Under the pieces are notes generated by a model that was not told where the DNA came from, ran no database searches, and worked only from the letters and a program-made list of their open reading frames with translations. Position numbers and translations under genes: made by a program. A DNA stretch of 64,000 nt from Alphaproteobacteria bacterium. Its GTDB lineage: Bacteria; Pseudomonadota; Alphaproteobacteria; UBA828. Each line of letters begins with the position of its first letter. Positions within the stretch are counted from its first letter, which is position 1. Of this stretch, positions 38,360 through 48,159 are shown piece after piece. Location of the stretch: assembly GCA_965237415.1 (NCBI GenBank), contig CBDEFM010000001.1:260205-324204 (forward strand). Direction: 5' to 3'.

Positions 38360-41300
38360 ATGGCGAGAGTGAGACAGGCAACCGCGTCACGCGGCCGCAC
38401 GGGGGCGCCGGAAACCGCCTCGACGCAGTGGGGGGCGCGGTGTCGGCAGGAGAAGCGAGCGGCAATCGCGCCCGGGAAGACACCGGAGGCGGCACATGCG
38501 TCGCGACGGGAGCCGGTAGCACCCGTCTCCCGGCGGCGAGACTGCCCGCCTAGACCTTCTCCCACCGCGCGGTCCCCGCGCGGGCTATCTTCCTCCCTAC
38601 TCGCTTATTTCGCGGCCGTCCCGGCGGCGGCGCTGCGCTGCCTGTCCCCGGATCGGGGTCCGGGGCAAGCCCCGCGCGCGGTTTCCTCCCGGCGCCGCGG
38701 CCCGCCTGCCGCCGCGCTACGCGCCGGGGCGGGCATCGCCCTGCTGCTGCTCGCCATGCTGACCGCCCTGCCGGCCCAGGCGCAGACCGACACCACGGCG
38801 CCGACGCTCGTCACGACCAGCGCTCGCGGACCCACAGTCATTAGCACTGGCTTATCTCTCTACTTGATTTACGACGAGAATCTGGACCACGACAACCATC
38901 CACCGGTCAGCGCCTTCAGCGTCATGGTCGATAGCAGTCCGATCACGGTGACAAGCGTAGAGGAAAGAACAACTATCAGCTTGAGGCTGAATCTGTCCCC
39001 CACCATCCGCCAGGGCCAGACCGTCACGGTGAGCTACACCGATCCGAGCTCGAGCAACGACGCCAACGCAATCCAGGACGCGGCCGGCAACGACGCCGCC
39101 ACCTTCGCGAACCAGGCGATACGCAACATATCCACCGTCACCGGCATCCCCGGCGCCCCGACGGGGCTGTCGGCGACGAAGATGGGCGCCACGCAGATCG
39201 ACCTTTCCTGGACCGCGCCGACGGACACCGGCGGTGCGGAAATCACCGGCTACAAGATCGAGTGGTCGGCCAACGGCAATGCCCCCTGGAATGAGCTGAT
39301 CGCGGACACCGGCAACACGGACACGACGTATTCCGACACCGGGCTCGCCTCGAAGACCACGCGCCACTACCGGGTTTCGGCGAGAAATTCCTTCGACCTC
39401 GGCCCCGGCCCCGCCTCGAACGTCGACGACGCCACCACCGACGACATCGTCGGGCCGGTGCTGGTGAGGGTGTCGATCAACGCGTCCGGCGATAATGTAA
39501 GGTTTTTCTTTGACGAGGCGCTTGACCAGCGCTCAGGAAAAACCCCGCCGGAGAGCGCCTTCGAGGTGCTGGCCGATGGAGTCCGGGTAGCGACAGACGG
39601 TTTCGACGCGGTTTCGGAACCCCACCGTATTGTGCTCGTAACTACCGCCCCGACCATCAAGCAGGGCCAGACGGTCGTCGTCACCTACACCGACCCGAGC
39701 ACGGGCAACGATCCCGTCGCCATCCAGGACCTGGCGGGCAACGACGCGGCGACCTTCACCACCGGCGTGTCGGGCGTCCCCGCGGTCGTCAACAGTTCCA
39801 ACGTCGCGAATCCCGCCCCGGACGCGCCGACGGGGCTGACGGCGACGAAGATGGGCGGCACGCAGATCGACCTTTCCTGGACGGAGCCGGCGGACCCTGG
39901 CGATGCGGTAATCACGGGCTACTGGATCGAGGTCTCGGATACCGGCGCTACCGGCCCCTGGACCGAGCTGATCGCGGACACCGGCAACACGGACAAGACG
40001 TATTCCGACACCGGGCTCGCCTCGGAAACCACGCGCCACTACCGGGTTCGGGCGATCAATTCCTTCGGCCCCGGCCCCGCCTCGAACATCGACTCTGCCA
40101 CCACCGACGACATCGTCGCGCCGGAGCTGGTGAGGGTGTCGATCAACGCGTTCGGCGATAATGTAAGGTTTTTCTTTGACGGGGCGCTTGACCAGCGCTC
40201 AGGAAAGACCCCGCCGGAGAGCGCCTTCGAGGTGCTGGCCGATGGAGTCCGGGTAGCGACAGACGGTTTCGACGCGGTTTCGGAACCCCACCGTATTGTG
40301 CTCGTAACTACCGCCCCGACCATCAAGCAGGGCCAAACGGTCGTCGTTACCTACACCGACCCGAGCACGGGCAACGATGCCGCCGCCATCCAGGATGCCG
40401 CCGGCAACGACGTGGCGACATTCACCACCGGAAAGGCGGGCGTCCCCGCGGTCGTCAACAGTTCCAATCAACCCGGCGTGAAGATATCCAAGACGGAACT
40501 GAGCATCGACGAAGGCGGCACCGGCACCTACACGGTGGCGCTCTATTCGCAGCCGACGGCGACGGTGACGGTCACGCCGTCGCGCACCAGCGGCGATGCG
40601 GACATCACCGTGAGCGGCGGCCCCCTCACCTTCACCACGACGACCTGGAATGTGGCGCAGACGGTGACGGTACGCGCGGCCGAGGATGCGGATTTGGTTC
40701 GCGATACGGCCGTGATCGGCCACGCGGTGAGCGGCGGCAACTACGCCTCGGTCATGGCCGCTTCGGTGACCGTCACCGCGGCTGACAACGATGCGTCCAA
40801 CGAGCCTGCCACCGGCAAGCCGACGATTTCAGGGACGGCGCAGGTCGGCCAGACGCTGACCGCGGCGAAGGGCAACATCAACGACCCAAACGGGCTGACC
40901 AAGGCCGACAACGACGAGACGGGCTTCGCCTACACCTACCAGTGGATCCGGGTGGATTCCGACGGCACGTCGAACCCGATGAATGTCGGGACCTCGAGCA
41001 CCTACACGCTGGCGGCGTTGGACGAGGACAAGAAGATCAAGGTGGAAGTGAGCTTCCACGACGACAATGGCCACGCGGAGACGCGGACGAGCGACGCGTA
41101 TCCGTCCGCGGACACGGTCCTGCCCTCTTCGGCGGTGAGCCTGTTGCTGTCGCCTGCATCGATCCGCGAGAACGGCGGCAGTGCCAGGATCAGGGCAAGG
41201 CTGAACGTGGCGTCGAGTGCCGAGACGACGGTCACGGTATCGGTCGAGCCGGTCCCGCCGGCGGTCGCCGGGGACTACGCGCTGAGCGCCAACACGGTGC

Positions 41301-44300
41301 TGAGGATTGCCGCCGGGCGGACCTTCAGCACGGGCCTGGTGACGCTGACGGCGGTGAACAACGATGTGGACGCGGACGACAAGACGGTCATCATCCTGGG
41401 CGATGCGGAGAACAGCGCGGGCGTTGGCGGTCCGGCCGAGGAGACGCTGACGATCGCGGACGACGATCGGGGCGTGCGGCTGGGCACGCGGTCGCTCGCG
41501 ATCGATGAGGGCCGCAGCAAGGGCTACACGGTGGTGTTGGGGTCGCGGCCCACGGGGACGGTGACGGTGACGCCGCAGGTTCCGCCCGGCATGGTGACGG
41601 TGTCGGGGCCGCTCCGGTTCACGCCGAGCACATGGGACGAGCCGCAGACGGTGACGGTGACGGCGGGCCAGGACGAGGACGAGGAGGACGAGTCGGTCCA
41701 GGTGACGCACGTTGTGTCGGGCGCGGATTACGGCGGCGTGACCGCGGACATCGTGCGGGTCACGGTGAGCGACGACGACGGCGGCACGGGCGTGCTGGAG
41801 GTGGGTGTGTATGACGGCTCGGACGGGGCCGGCGTCAAGGACCCGCCGCCGCAGGTGCATTTCGGGCAGCCGTTCAGGCTCGACCTGGTGTGGTCGCATC
41901 TGCGGACGAAGCATTGGGACAATCCGGAGTACGCGATCGGGCCGACCCGGGCGATCCGGGCGGTCGGCGGGACGGTGCGTGCGGTGCGGGGCCGGTTCAG
42001 CCCGCCCAGTAAGGGGGACCACGGCTGGGACCAGGCGCGCCTGACGCTCGAGGTCACGCCCGAGGCGAGCGACGGCAGCGACGACGTGACGCTGGTCCTG
42101 GAGCCGATGGATTGCAGCAGCAATGACGCGCGAGCGCTGTGCGCCTTCGCCAGCATCGGGAAGTGGACCGGCCTGGCGAAACGGGTGCGCTTCACGGTGC
42201 GCGGTATCACCGGTCCGCCGGAGGTGGCGCCGGCGGAGCTGGACCTGACGGTGACCCCGCAGGAGCGGCGCGGCACGGATATGTTCCTGGTGAGCTTCGA
42301 CGCCGACGAGGAGGGGACGCGCTTCCGGCTGCAGACGCAGGCGGCCGGCGGGGATTGGACGAGAACGCGCGAGTGGACCGGGGCGATGCGCTCGGAGAAC
42401 CAGCATCGGGTGACGGTCGACGGGGTGTCGCACGATGACGCCTACGAGTTCCGGGTGCGCTGGGAGAACCGCTTCGGGCCGGGGCCGTGGGCGCAAGCGA
42501 GCACGGCCGGCGCGGCGCCGGCGGCGCCGACAAGGCTCACGCTCACGGCGATGTACGACGCCAAGAGCCTGGCGCTCGCCTGGACCCCGGCGGCAGGCGG
42601 GGTGCGGATCGACCGCTTCCAGTACCGGATCGAGCGAATCCGTAGCGAGGAGCTGGTTATCCTTTCGGACACGGGGCCGATTCAATATTTGGGCAATTGG
42701 ATCGACATTCCGAACAGCGGAACGGGCGGCGCGAACCACCGTTCGTGGACGATCGGGGGGCTTGCGAACATATGGGCCGCCAGGATCCGGGTGCGCGCGG
42801 TGAGCGCGTCGGGCCGCGCGGGCGCGGCCTCGGCGGAAGCGGTGGCGGCGGTCGACGTGCCGCGGGTGGTGGACATCTCGATGGCGTCGGACCCCGGTGC
42901 CGACGGGTACTACACGTACGGAAACAGGATCGGGATCAACGTGAGGTTGAGCCGTCCGGTCCGCATCCCGGGTAACGATCGGGGACCGTCGCTGGAGGTC
43001 GAGATCGGAAGCCGCGTGTACAGCCTGGGGCTGGTGTCGATGCGGCAGTCGGTGGCGCATGAACTGATCGGACAGGCGCCGTTGTCGGGCGACGTGCTGT
43101 TCTTCGAGCACAGCCTTGGTACGGGTGACGTGGACCACAACGGGATCCGGGTGCCGGCCGGCGCGCTCAAAGGCAATGGCGGGCGGCTGCTCGACCTGAC
43201 ACCCGCGGGAGAAGACCAGGTGGCGGACCTCGCCGTGAGCACGGCAAAAACCTTCCCGGCGCACAAGGTGAACACGGTCCCGCCGGGCATCGTGCGCATG
43301 ACCTGGCAGCAGAACCTGGACACGAAGGGCGTGGTGCGGGGCGCCGAGGTGCGCATCCACTACGACCGCGACCTCGACCCGGATTCGAGGCTGGATCCCG
43401 GCAGGGTCCAGTACCGGGTGGCGTATTCGGAGTCGCGGGCGCTCGGCCGCAGCGTGACGGGACTGAGCATCGGCGACGCCACCGACGACGGGATCGACAA
43501 CCCCCGGACGGTGCGGCTGGTGCTGGCGCCGGTGGTCCACGATCCGAGCACCAACCCGCGCAACAGCCCGACGCCGCCCGAGACCGTGACGGTGACCTAT
43601 TCGGGAATGAAAGTGAGCGGGAACACCGGGCGGCGATACGGCCCCTTCGATACGCTGGGGAACCCCCTCGCGGGCTTCACCCGGGCGGCGGAGCACCTGA
43701 CCGCGACGCAGGCAGCGTTGGCGGCGGAGTTCCGAAACGTACCGCCCGAGCACAACAGCCCGTTCACCTTCGAGGTGCATTTCAGCGAGGAGGTCGCGCT
43801 CACCGAAGAGATGCTGCTGAACTCGGTCTTCACGGTGACCAACGGCACGGTGTCGGCCGCGCGGCGGCTCAATCCGCCGAGCAACATCGCCTGGGAGATC
43901 ACGGTCGATTCGATCACCGAGGAGGCGGTGACGGTGGTGCTGCCGGAGACCACGGACTGCACCGTGGCGGGCGCGATCTGCACCTGGGACGAGCGCCCGC
44001 TCTCGGCGGAGATTTCGGCGACGGTGGCCGGCCCGCAGATCGTGGCGACGAGCGTGGTGACGAGCGCGGCGGTGACCAACGGTCCCGGAGACAATGGCAC
44101 CTGGGACACCGGCGAAACCGTCGAGGCCGAGGTGCGCTTCAGCGCGCCGGTGACGGTGGTGGCGCCTCCGGGCTCCGGGCCGATCCTCGCCATCCTGCTC
44201 GACGGCACGCGCCGCGAGGCGGCGTACACCGGCGGTTCAGGCACCGACACGCTGCGCTTCAGCTACACGGTTGCGGAAGCGGACAACGGAGCCCGGAAGG

Positions 44301-47300
44301 CGCGCGTTGCCCCGAACGGGCTCGCGCTCAACGGAACGACCATCGGAGACAGTGAAGGCGTCGCGGCCGATATCGGTTTCTCTACCGCGCCGTATGTGAC
44401 GGCTGTCGAACTCGCGGCGGATGGCTCGGGGGACGGGATCTGGACCCCAGGCGAGACTATTGCCGCCCGCCTCACCTTCAGCGAGGCGGTGACGGTGGCG
44501 GGCGGCACGCCGTATCTCTGGATCACGGTCGCAGGGATGCCGGGCGCGCTCGGCTACGCGTCCGGATCGGGAAGCGACACGCTGGTCTTCTCCATAGAGG
44601 TGCCGGGCGGGAGCCTCTCCGAAATCGAGGTGACGGCGGACAGTCTCAACGCCAACGGCGCGGCCATCGTGTCGCAGGCGAGCGGCATCGCGGCGGAGCT
44701 CGGCCATGACGGCACGGCGCCGGAGGCGGCGCCGGAGAACGCGGGCGCCACCGCGCTGACGGCGGCGTTCGCGGAGCTGCCGGAGAGCCACGGCGGCGCG
44801 GCGTTCACCTTCGAGCTCCGCTTCAGCGAGGCGTTCCCGATCGGCTACGAGACGATGCGCGACGATGCGTTCACGGTGACGAACGGGCGTGTGACCGGGG
44901 CGCGACGCCTCGACAATCCGCACCGCGAGTCCGTGCGCATGGAACCCAACCGGGTATGGGAGATCACCGTCGAGCCCGACACGGACGCCGGAGACGTCTC
45001 GATTGCGCTGCCTGAAACGACCGACTGCACCGCGGCCGGCGCGGTCTGCACCGGGGACAACCGCCCGCTCACGGCGGAGATTTCGGCGACGGTGGCCGGC
45101 CCGGCGCAGGCGGTGACGCCCCCGCCGCCGGGCTTCCGGGTCCGCTTCGAGGACTTCCCGTCGGAGCATGACGGGACCAGCGCGGTCGTCTTCAAGGTGA
45201 TGTTCAACAAGAAGCCGGCGAACTACAGCTACCGCACGATGCGCGACAACACGCTCCTCGCCCGGCAGGGGAGCCAAGCGGTCACGCCCAAGCGGGCCAA
45301 ACGCCTCAACGCACCGCACAGCGACCAGTGGCGGATCACGATCGAGCCGGCCTCCAAGGCGGACATGCACGTCGAGATCCGCCACACCACGGCGTGCACC
45401 GAAACGGGCGCGGTGTGCACGGCGGAGAACGAACAGCTCTCGAACCGGCTCTCGAAGACGATCCTCGGCCCTCCGGGGCTCGCGGTGGCGGACGCGCGGG
45501 TGGAGGAAGCGGCGAACGCGACGGTGGACTTCGCGGTGACGCTCAGCCGCGCGTCATCGTCGACGGTGACGGTGGACTATGCGACCTCGGACGGCACGGC
45601 GACGGCGGGCAGCGACTACACGGCGACGTCGGGGACGCTGACCTTCGCGCCGGGCGACACGGCGAAGACGGTGTCGGTGCCGGTGCTGGACGACGCCCAT
45701 GACGAGGACCATGAGACGTTCACGCTGACGCTCTCCAACCCCTCGGGCGGCAACGCCTGGCTCTCCGACGCCACGGCGACGGGCACGATCGAGAACACCG
45801 ACAAGATGCCGCAGGCGTGGCTGGCGCGCTTCGGGCGCACGGTGGCCGACCAGGTGATCGACGCGGTGCAGGGCCGCATTCAGGCGCAGCCGAGTCCCGG
45901 GGTCGCGGTGAGTCTCGCGGGCCAGGCGATCGGCGCCAACGGATCGTTGTCCGGGGCCGGTTCCGCGGAGCCGGACGGTGCGGACGCGCGGGCGACGCTG
46001 GCCGAGGAGACCGAGGCCCGGTCGCGGCTGGAGACGATGTCGAACTGGCTGCAGGGCGAGAATGAGGAGGATGGCAGTCGGGCCGGGTTCCAGTCACGCA
46101 GCGTGACGGAACGCGACCTGCTGACCGGGACGTCGTTCTCGCTGACCGGCGAGGCCGCGGCGGGCGGCGGCTACGCGTCGCTGTGGGGCCGGGGCGCGGT
46201 CTCGCGCTTCGACGGCCGCGACGGCGATCTCACGCTCGACGGCGAGGTGACGAGCGCGATGCTCGGGGCGGACTGGACGCGCGATGCGTGGACCGCCGGG
46301 CTTCTGGTGTCGCATTCGCGCGGCGACGGCAGCTACCGGGGCGAGGGCGAGGGCAAGGTCGAGAGCGCGCTGACCGGGCTCTATCCCTATGGGCGCTATG
46401 CGGTGAGCGACCGCGTGACGGTCTGGGGCGTGGCCGGCTACGGGTCGGGCACGCTCACGCTGACGCCGAAGAACCCGGTGGAGGGCGAGGACGACAGGCC
46501 GATCGAGACCGATATGAGCCTGACGATGGGCGCGGTGGGCGTGCGCGGGGTGATGATTGAGGCGCCGGCCGAAGGCGGCCCGGAGCTCGCGGTCAAGTCC
46601 GACGCGATGATGGTGCGCACGAGCTCGGAGGCGGCAAGCGGCAGCGGCGGCAATCTCGCGGCGGCGGACGCCGATGTGACCCGTCTGCGTCTCGGGCTTG
46701 AGGGAACCTGGCGCGGCATCGAGGCCGGCGGCGGGGAACTGACGCCGCGTCTCGAGGTGGGCGTGCGCCATGACGGCGGCGACGCCGAGACCGGCTTCGG
46801 CCTCGACCTCGGTGGCGGGCTTGCCTGGTCGCATCCGGCGAGCGGGATATCGGCCGAGCTCAGCGGGCGCGGCTTGCTGACCCACGAGGCCGGCGGCTTC
46901 CGCGACCGTGGTATCTCGGGCTCGCTCGGCTGGGATCCGCGGCCGGAGACCGGGCGCGGGGTGAGCCTCACGCTGACCCAGACGCTGGGTGCGTCGGCCT
47001 CGGGCGGCATGGACGCGCTCTTGTCGCGCGGCACCCTGGCGGATCTGGCGGCCAACGACGACGGGGCGGACGATCTGCAGCGCCGCCGTCTGGAGCTCCG
47101 GCTCGGCTACGGCGTCTCCGCCTTCGGGGACCGGTTCACGGCGACGCCGGAGATCGGGCTCGGCCTGTCGGACAGCGCGCGCGACTACAGCCTCGGCTGG
47201 CGGCTCGGTCTCGACCGGTCCGGGGCGAACGCGCTCGAACTCCGGATCGAGGCGACGCGGCGCGAGAGCGCCAACGACAACGCGGACCCGGAGCACGGCA

Positions 47301-47329
47301 TCGGGTTCAAGCTGACGGCGAGCTGGTGA
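38360..47329 (+). CDS. Giant autotransporter adhesin (Big-like/FN3/Calx-beta passenger, about 2,990 aa); start codon uncertain
   Basis: The ORF is open from 38129. A signal-peptide-like segment RRRGPPAAALRAGAGIALLLLAMLTALPAQA lies at about 38690-38780. The passenger has alternating Big-like and FN3 modules, Calx-beta domains (VDYATSDGTATAGSDYTATSGTLTF) and three Cys-pair Big-like modules. The C-terminal beta-domain is nearly identical to that of 24600..28799 and ends GFKLTASW. ATG 38360 is the nearest upstream canonical in-frame start. Confidence 0.8.
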   Translation: MARVRQATASRGRTGAPETASTQWGARCRQEKRAAIAPGKTPEAAHASRREPVAPVSRRRDCPPRPSPTARSPRGLSSSLLAYFAAVPAAALRCLSPDRGPGQAPRAVSSRRRGPPAAALRAGAGIALLLLAMLTALPAQAQTDTTAPTLVTTSARGPTVISTGLSLYLIYDENLDHDNHPPVSAFSVMVDSSPITVTSVEERTTISLRLNLSPTIRQGQTVTVSYTDPSSSNDANAIQDAAGNDAATFANQAIRNISTVTGIPGAPTGLSATKMGATQIDLSWTAPTDTGGAEITGYKIEWSANGNAPWNELIADTGNTDTTYSDTGLASKTTRHYRVSARNSFDLGPGPASNVDDATTDDIVGPVLVRVSINASGDNVRFFFDEALDQRSGKTPPESAFEVLADGVRVATDGFDAVSEPHRIVLVTTAPTIKQGQTVVVTYTDPSTGNDPVAIQDLAGNDAATFTTGVSGVPAVVNSSNVANPAPDAPTGLTATKMGGTQIDLSWTEPADPGDAVITGYWIEVSDTGATGPWTELIADTGNTDKTYSDTGLASETTRHYRVRAINSFGPGPASNIDSATTDDIVAPELVRVSINAFGDNVRFFFDGALDQRSGKTPPESAFEVLADGVRVATDGFDAVSEPHRIVLVTTAPTIKQGQTVVVTYTDPSTGNDAAAIQDAAGNDVATFTTGKAGVPAVVNSSNQPGVKISKTELSIDEGGTGTYTVALYSQPTATVTVTPSRTSGDADITVSGGPLTFTTTTWNVAQTVTVRAAEDADLVRDTAVIGHAVSGGNYASVMAASVTVTAADNDASNEPATGKPTISGTAQVGQTLTAAKGNINDPNGLTKADNDETGFAYTYQWIRVDSDGTSNPMNVGTSSTYTLAALDEDKKIKVEVSFHDDNGHAETRTSDAYPSADTVLPSSAVSLLLSPASIRENGGSARIRARLNVASSAETTVTVSVEPVPPAVAGDYALSANTVLRIAAGRTFSTGLVTLTAVNNDVDADDKTVIILGDAENSAGVGGPAEETLTIADDDRGVRLGTRSLAIDEGRSKGYTVVLGSRPTGTVTVTPQVPPGMVTVSGPLRFTPSTWDEPQTVTVTAGQDEDEEDESVQVTHVVSGADYGGVTADIVRVTVSDDDGGTGVLEVGVYDGSDGAGVKDPPPQVHFGQPFRLDLVWSHLRTKHWDNPEYAIGPTRAIRAVGGTVRAVRGRFSPPSKGDHGWDQARLTLEVTPEASDGSDDVTLVLEPMDCSSNDARALCAFASIGKWTGLAKRVRFTVRGITGPPEVAPAELDLTVTPQERRGTDMFLVSFDADEEGTRFRLQTQAAGGDWTRTREWTGAMRSENQHRVTVDGVSHDDAYEFRVRWENRFGPGPWAQASTAGAAPAAPTRLTLTAMYDAKSLALAWTPAAGGVRIDRFQYRIERIRSEELVILSDTGPIQYLGNWIDIPNSGTGGANHRSWTIGGLANIWAARIRVRAVSASGRAGAASAEAVAAVDVPRVVDISMASDPGADGYYTYGNRIGINVRLSRPVRIPGNDRGPSLEVEIGSRVYSLGLVSMRQSVAHELIGQAPLSGDVLFFEHSLGTGDVDHNGIRVPAGALKGNGGRLLDLTPAGEDQVADLAVSTAKTFPAHKVNTVPPGIVRMTWQQNLDTKGVVRGAEVRIHYDRDLDPDSRLDPGRVQYRVAYSESRALGRSVTGLSIGDATDDGIDNPRTVRLVLAPVVHDPSTNPRNSPTPPETVTVTYSGMKVSGNTGRRYGPFDTLGNPLAGFTRAAEHLTATQAALAAEFRNVPPEHNSPFTFEVHFSEEVALTEEMLLNSVFTVTNGTVSAARRLNPPSNIAWEITVDSITEEAVTVVLPETTDCTVAGAICTWDERPLSAEISATVAGPQIVATSVVTSAAVTNGPGDNGTWDTGETVEAEVRFSAPVTVVAPPGSGPILAILLDGTRREAAYTGGSGTDTLRFSYTVAEADNGARKARVAPNGLALNGTTIGDSEGVAADIGFSTAPYVTAVELAADGSGDGIWTPGETIAARLTFSEAVTVAGGTPYLWITVAGMPGALGYASGSGSDTLVFSIEVPGGSLSEIEVTADSLNANGAAIVSQASGIAAELGHDGTAPEAAPENAGATALTAAFAELPESHGGAAFTFELRFSEAFPIGYETMRDDAFTVTNGRVTGARRLDNPHRESVRMEPNRVWEITVEPDTDAGDVSIALPETTDCTAAGAVCTGDNRPLTAEISATVAGPAQAVTPPPPGFRVRFEDFPSEHDGTSAVVFKVMFNKKPANYSYRTMRDNTLLARQGSQAVTPKRAKRLNAPHSDQWRITIEPASKADMHVEIRHTTACTETGAVCTAENEQLSNRLSKTILGPPGLAVADARVEEAANATVDFAVTLSRASSSTVTVDYATSDGTATAGSDYTATSGTLTFAPGDTAKTVSVPVLDDAHDEDHETFTLTLSNPSGGNAWLSDATATGTIENTDKMPQAWLARFGRTVADQVIDAVQGRIQAQPSPGVAVSLAGQAIGANGSLSGAGSAEPDGADARATLAEETEARSRLETMSNWLQGENEEDGSRAGFQSRSVTERDLLTGTSFSLTGEAAAGGGYASLWGRGAVSRFDGRDGDLTLDGEVTSAMLGADWTRDAWTAGLLVSHSRGDGSYRGEGEGKVESALTGLYPYGRYAVSDRVTVWGVAGYGSGTLTLTPKNPVEGEDDRPIETDMSLTMGAVGVRGVMIEAPAEGGPELAVKSDAMMVRTSSEAASGSGGNLAAADADVTRLRLGLEGTWRGIEAGGGELTPRLEVGVRHDGGDAETGFGLDLGGGLAWSHPASGISAELSGRGLLTHEAGGFRDRGISGSLGWDPRPETGRGVSLTLTQTLGASASGGMDALLSRGTLADLAANDDGADDLQRRRLELRLGYGVSAFGDRFTATPEIGLGLSDSARDYSLGWRLGLDRSGANALELRIEATRRESANDNADPEHGIGFKLTASW
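38790..40471 (+). repeat. About 2.5 tandem copies of a 666-669-bp unit (Big-like plus FN3 module) inside the giant gene
   Basis: 39431-39805 and 40097-40471 are nearly identical (offset 666 bp). The FN3 parts at about 39148-39430 and 39818-40085 are about 85% identical (offset 669). Confidence 0.85.
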
Positions 47330-47998
47330 GGGCGCGGCGATGCGTCCCCTCGCCCACCCGGTCCGCGGAGCCGGCGCCCCTGGCGCGGTGTGCGGCTCAG
47401 GCCCGGGTGACCTTCCACAACACCTTGCCGACGATGTGGATGTCCGCGGCAAGGCAGGTATAGGCCGGGTAGCCCGGGTTGACCGAGAGCAGGCGCAGGC
47501 TCGGCGGGCCCGGCTCGCGGACCGGCTCGACGCGCTTGACGACGAGCCCGTCGCCGTCCCAGAGCACGAAGAGCTCGCCGGCGCCGGGCATGCGCCGCCC
47601 GGTGTCAACCACCAGGCGGTCGCCCTCGCGCAGCTCCGGCTCCATGGAGATGCCGCGCACCTTGATGATGCGCAAGGCCCCGGGCTCGGCGTCGCCCTCG
47701 TGGCGGATCATCGCCTCGGGGAGCCGCCAGCGGGCCTTCTCAAGCACGAAGTCGTCGTTCCAGGCGCCGGGTCCGGCGGCGGCCTCGATCTCCATCTCGG
47801 CGACGCCGGTGGTGCGGGGCCGGGTACCGCGGTCCTTCTTCTTCCAGGGCTTGGGCGCCGGGAGCTCGGCATGGCGCAGCCCGGCCGGGTCGCAGTCGAG
47901 CAGCGCGCCGAGGGCCTCGCTGTCCTGGAAGGAGAGCACGCGGGGCATGCCGCGGGCGAGATATTGCTGGAGATAGGCCTTGTTGCGGCCGATGGCGA
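45815..47998 (+). repeat. Copy 2 of the 2.2-kb direct repeat
   Basis: See copy 1 (27261..29456). Here the repeat continues into an intact repressor gene. Confidence 0.9.
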
Positions 47999-48074
47999 GC
48001 GAGGCTTCGGCGAGTGAGACGCCGCTCTGCCATAGCTGTTCGCGCAGTCGGTCTCGCACTGGGTCGCGCTCCAT
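47397..48074 (-). CDS. CI/LexA-like repressor (N-terminal HTH plus C-terminal S24 autopeptidase)
   Basis: 225 aa. HTH SGVSLAEASLAIGRNKAYLQQYL and S24 motifs VRGISMEP (Ser) and LVVKRV (Lys). It is divergent from the transfer operon, as with SetR/CI-type ICE regulators. Confidence 0.85.
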   Translation of the reverse strand: MERDPVRDRLREQLWQSGVSLAEASLAIGRNKAYLQQYLARGMPRVLSFQDSEALGALLDCDPAGLRHAELPAPKPWKKKDRGTRPRTTGVAEMEIEAAAGPGAWNDDFVLEKARWRLPEAMIRHEGDAEPGALRIIKVRGISMEPELREGDRLVVDTGRRMPGAGELFVLWDGDGLVVKRVEPVREPGPPSLRLLSVNPGYPAYTCLAADIHIVGKVLWKVTRA

Positions 48075-48144
48075 CGCGGGCTCCTCTGTCTATGCCTCAC
48101 AGGTGCAGGATATCTCCTAACTAATCCTGTTGTCAACGGCGCGT

Positions 48145-48159
48145 GTTCGGTTTACGTTC
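48145..48159 (+). promoter_or_regulatory. Candidate alphaproteobacterial SOS (LexA) box GTTC-N7-GTTC
   Basis: GTTCGGTTTACGTTC lies 7 nt upstream of ATG 48166 in the 91-bp divergent intergenic region. The motif matches the published GTTC-N7-GTTC consensus. One or two chance hits are expected in 64 kb, so position is the main argument. Confidence 0.4.
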
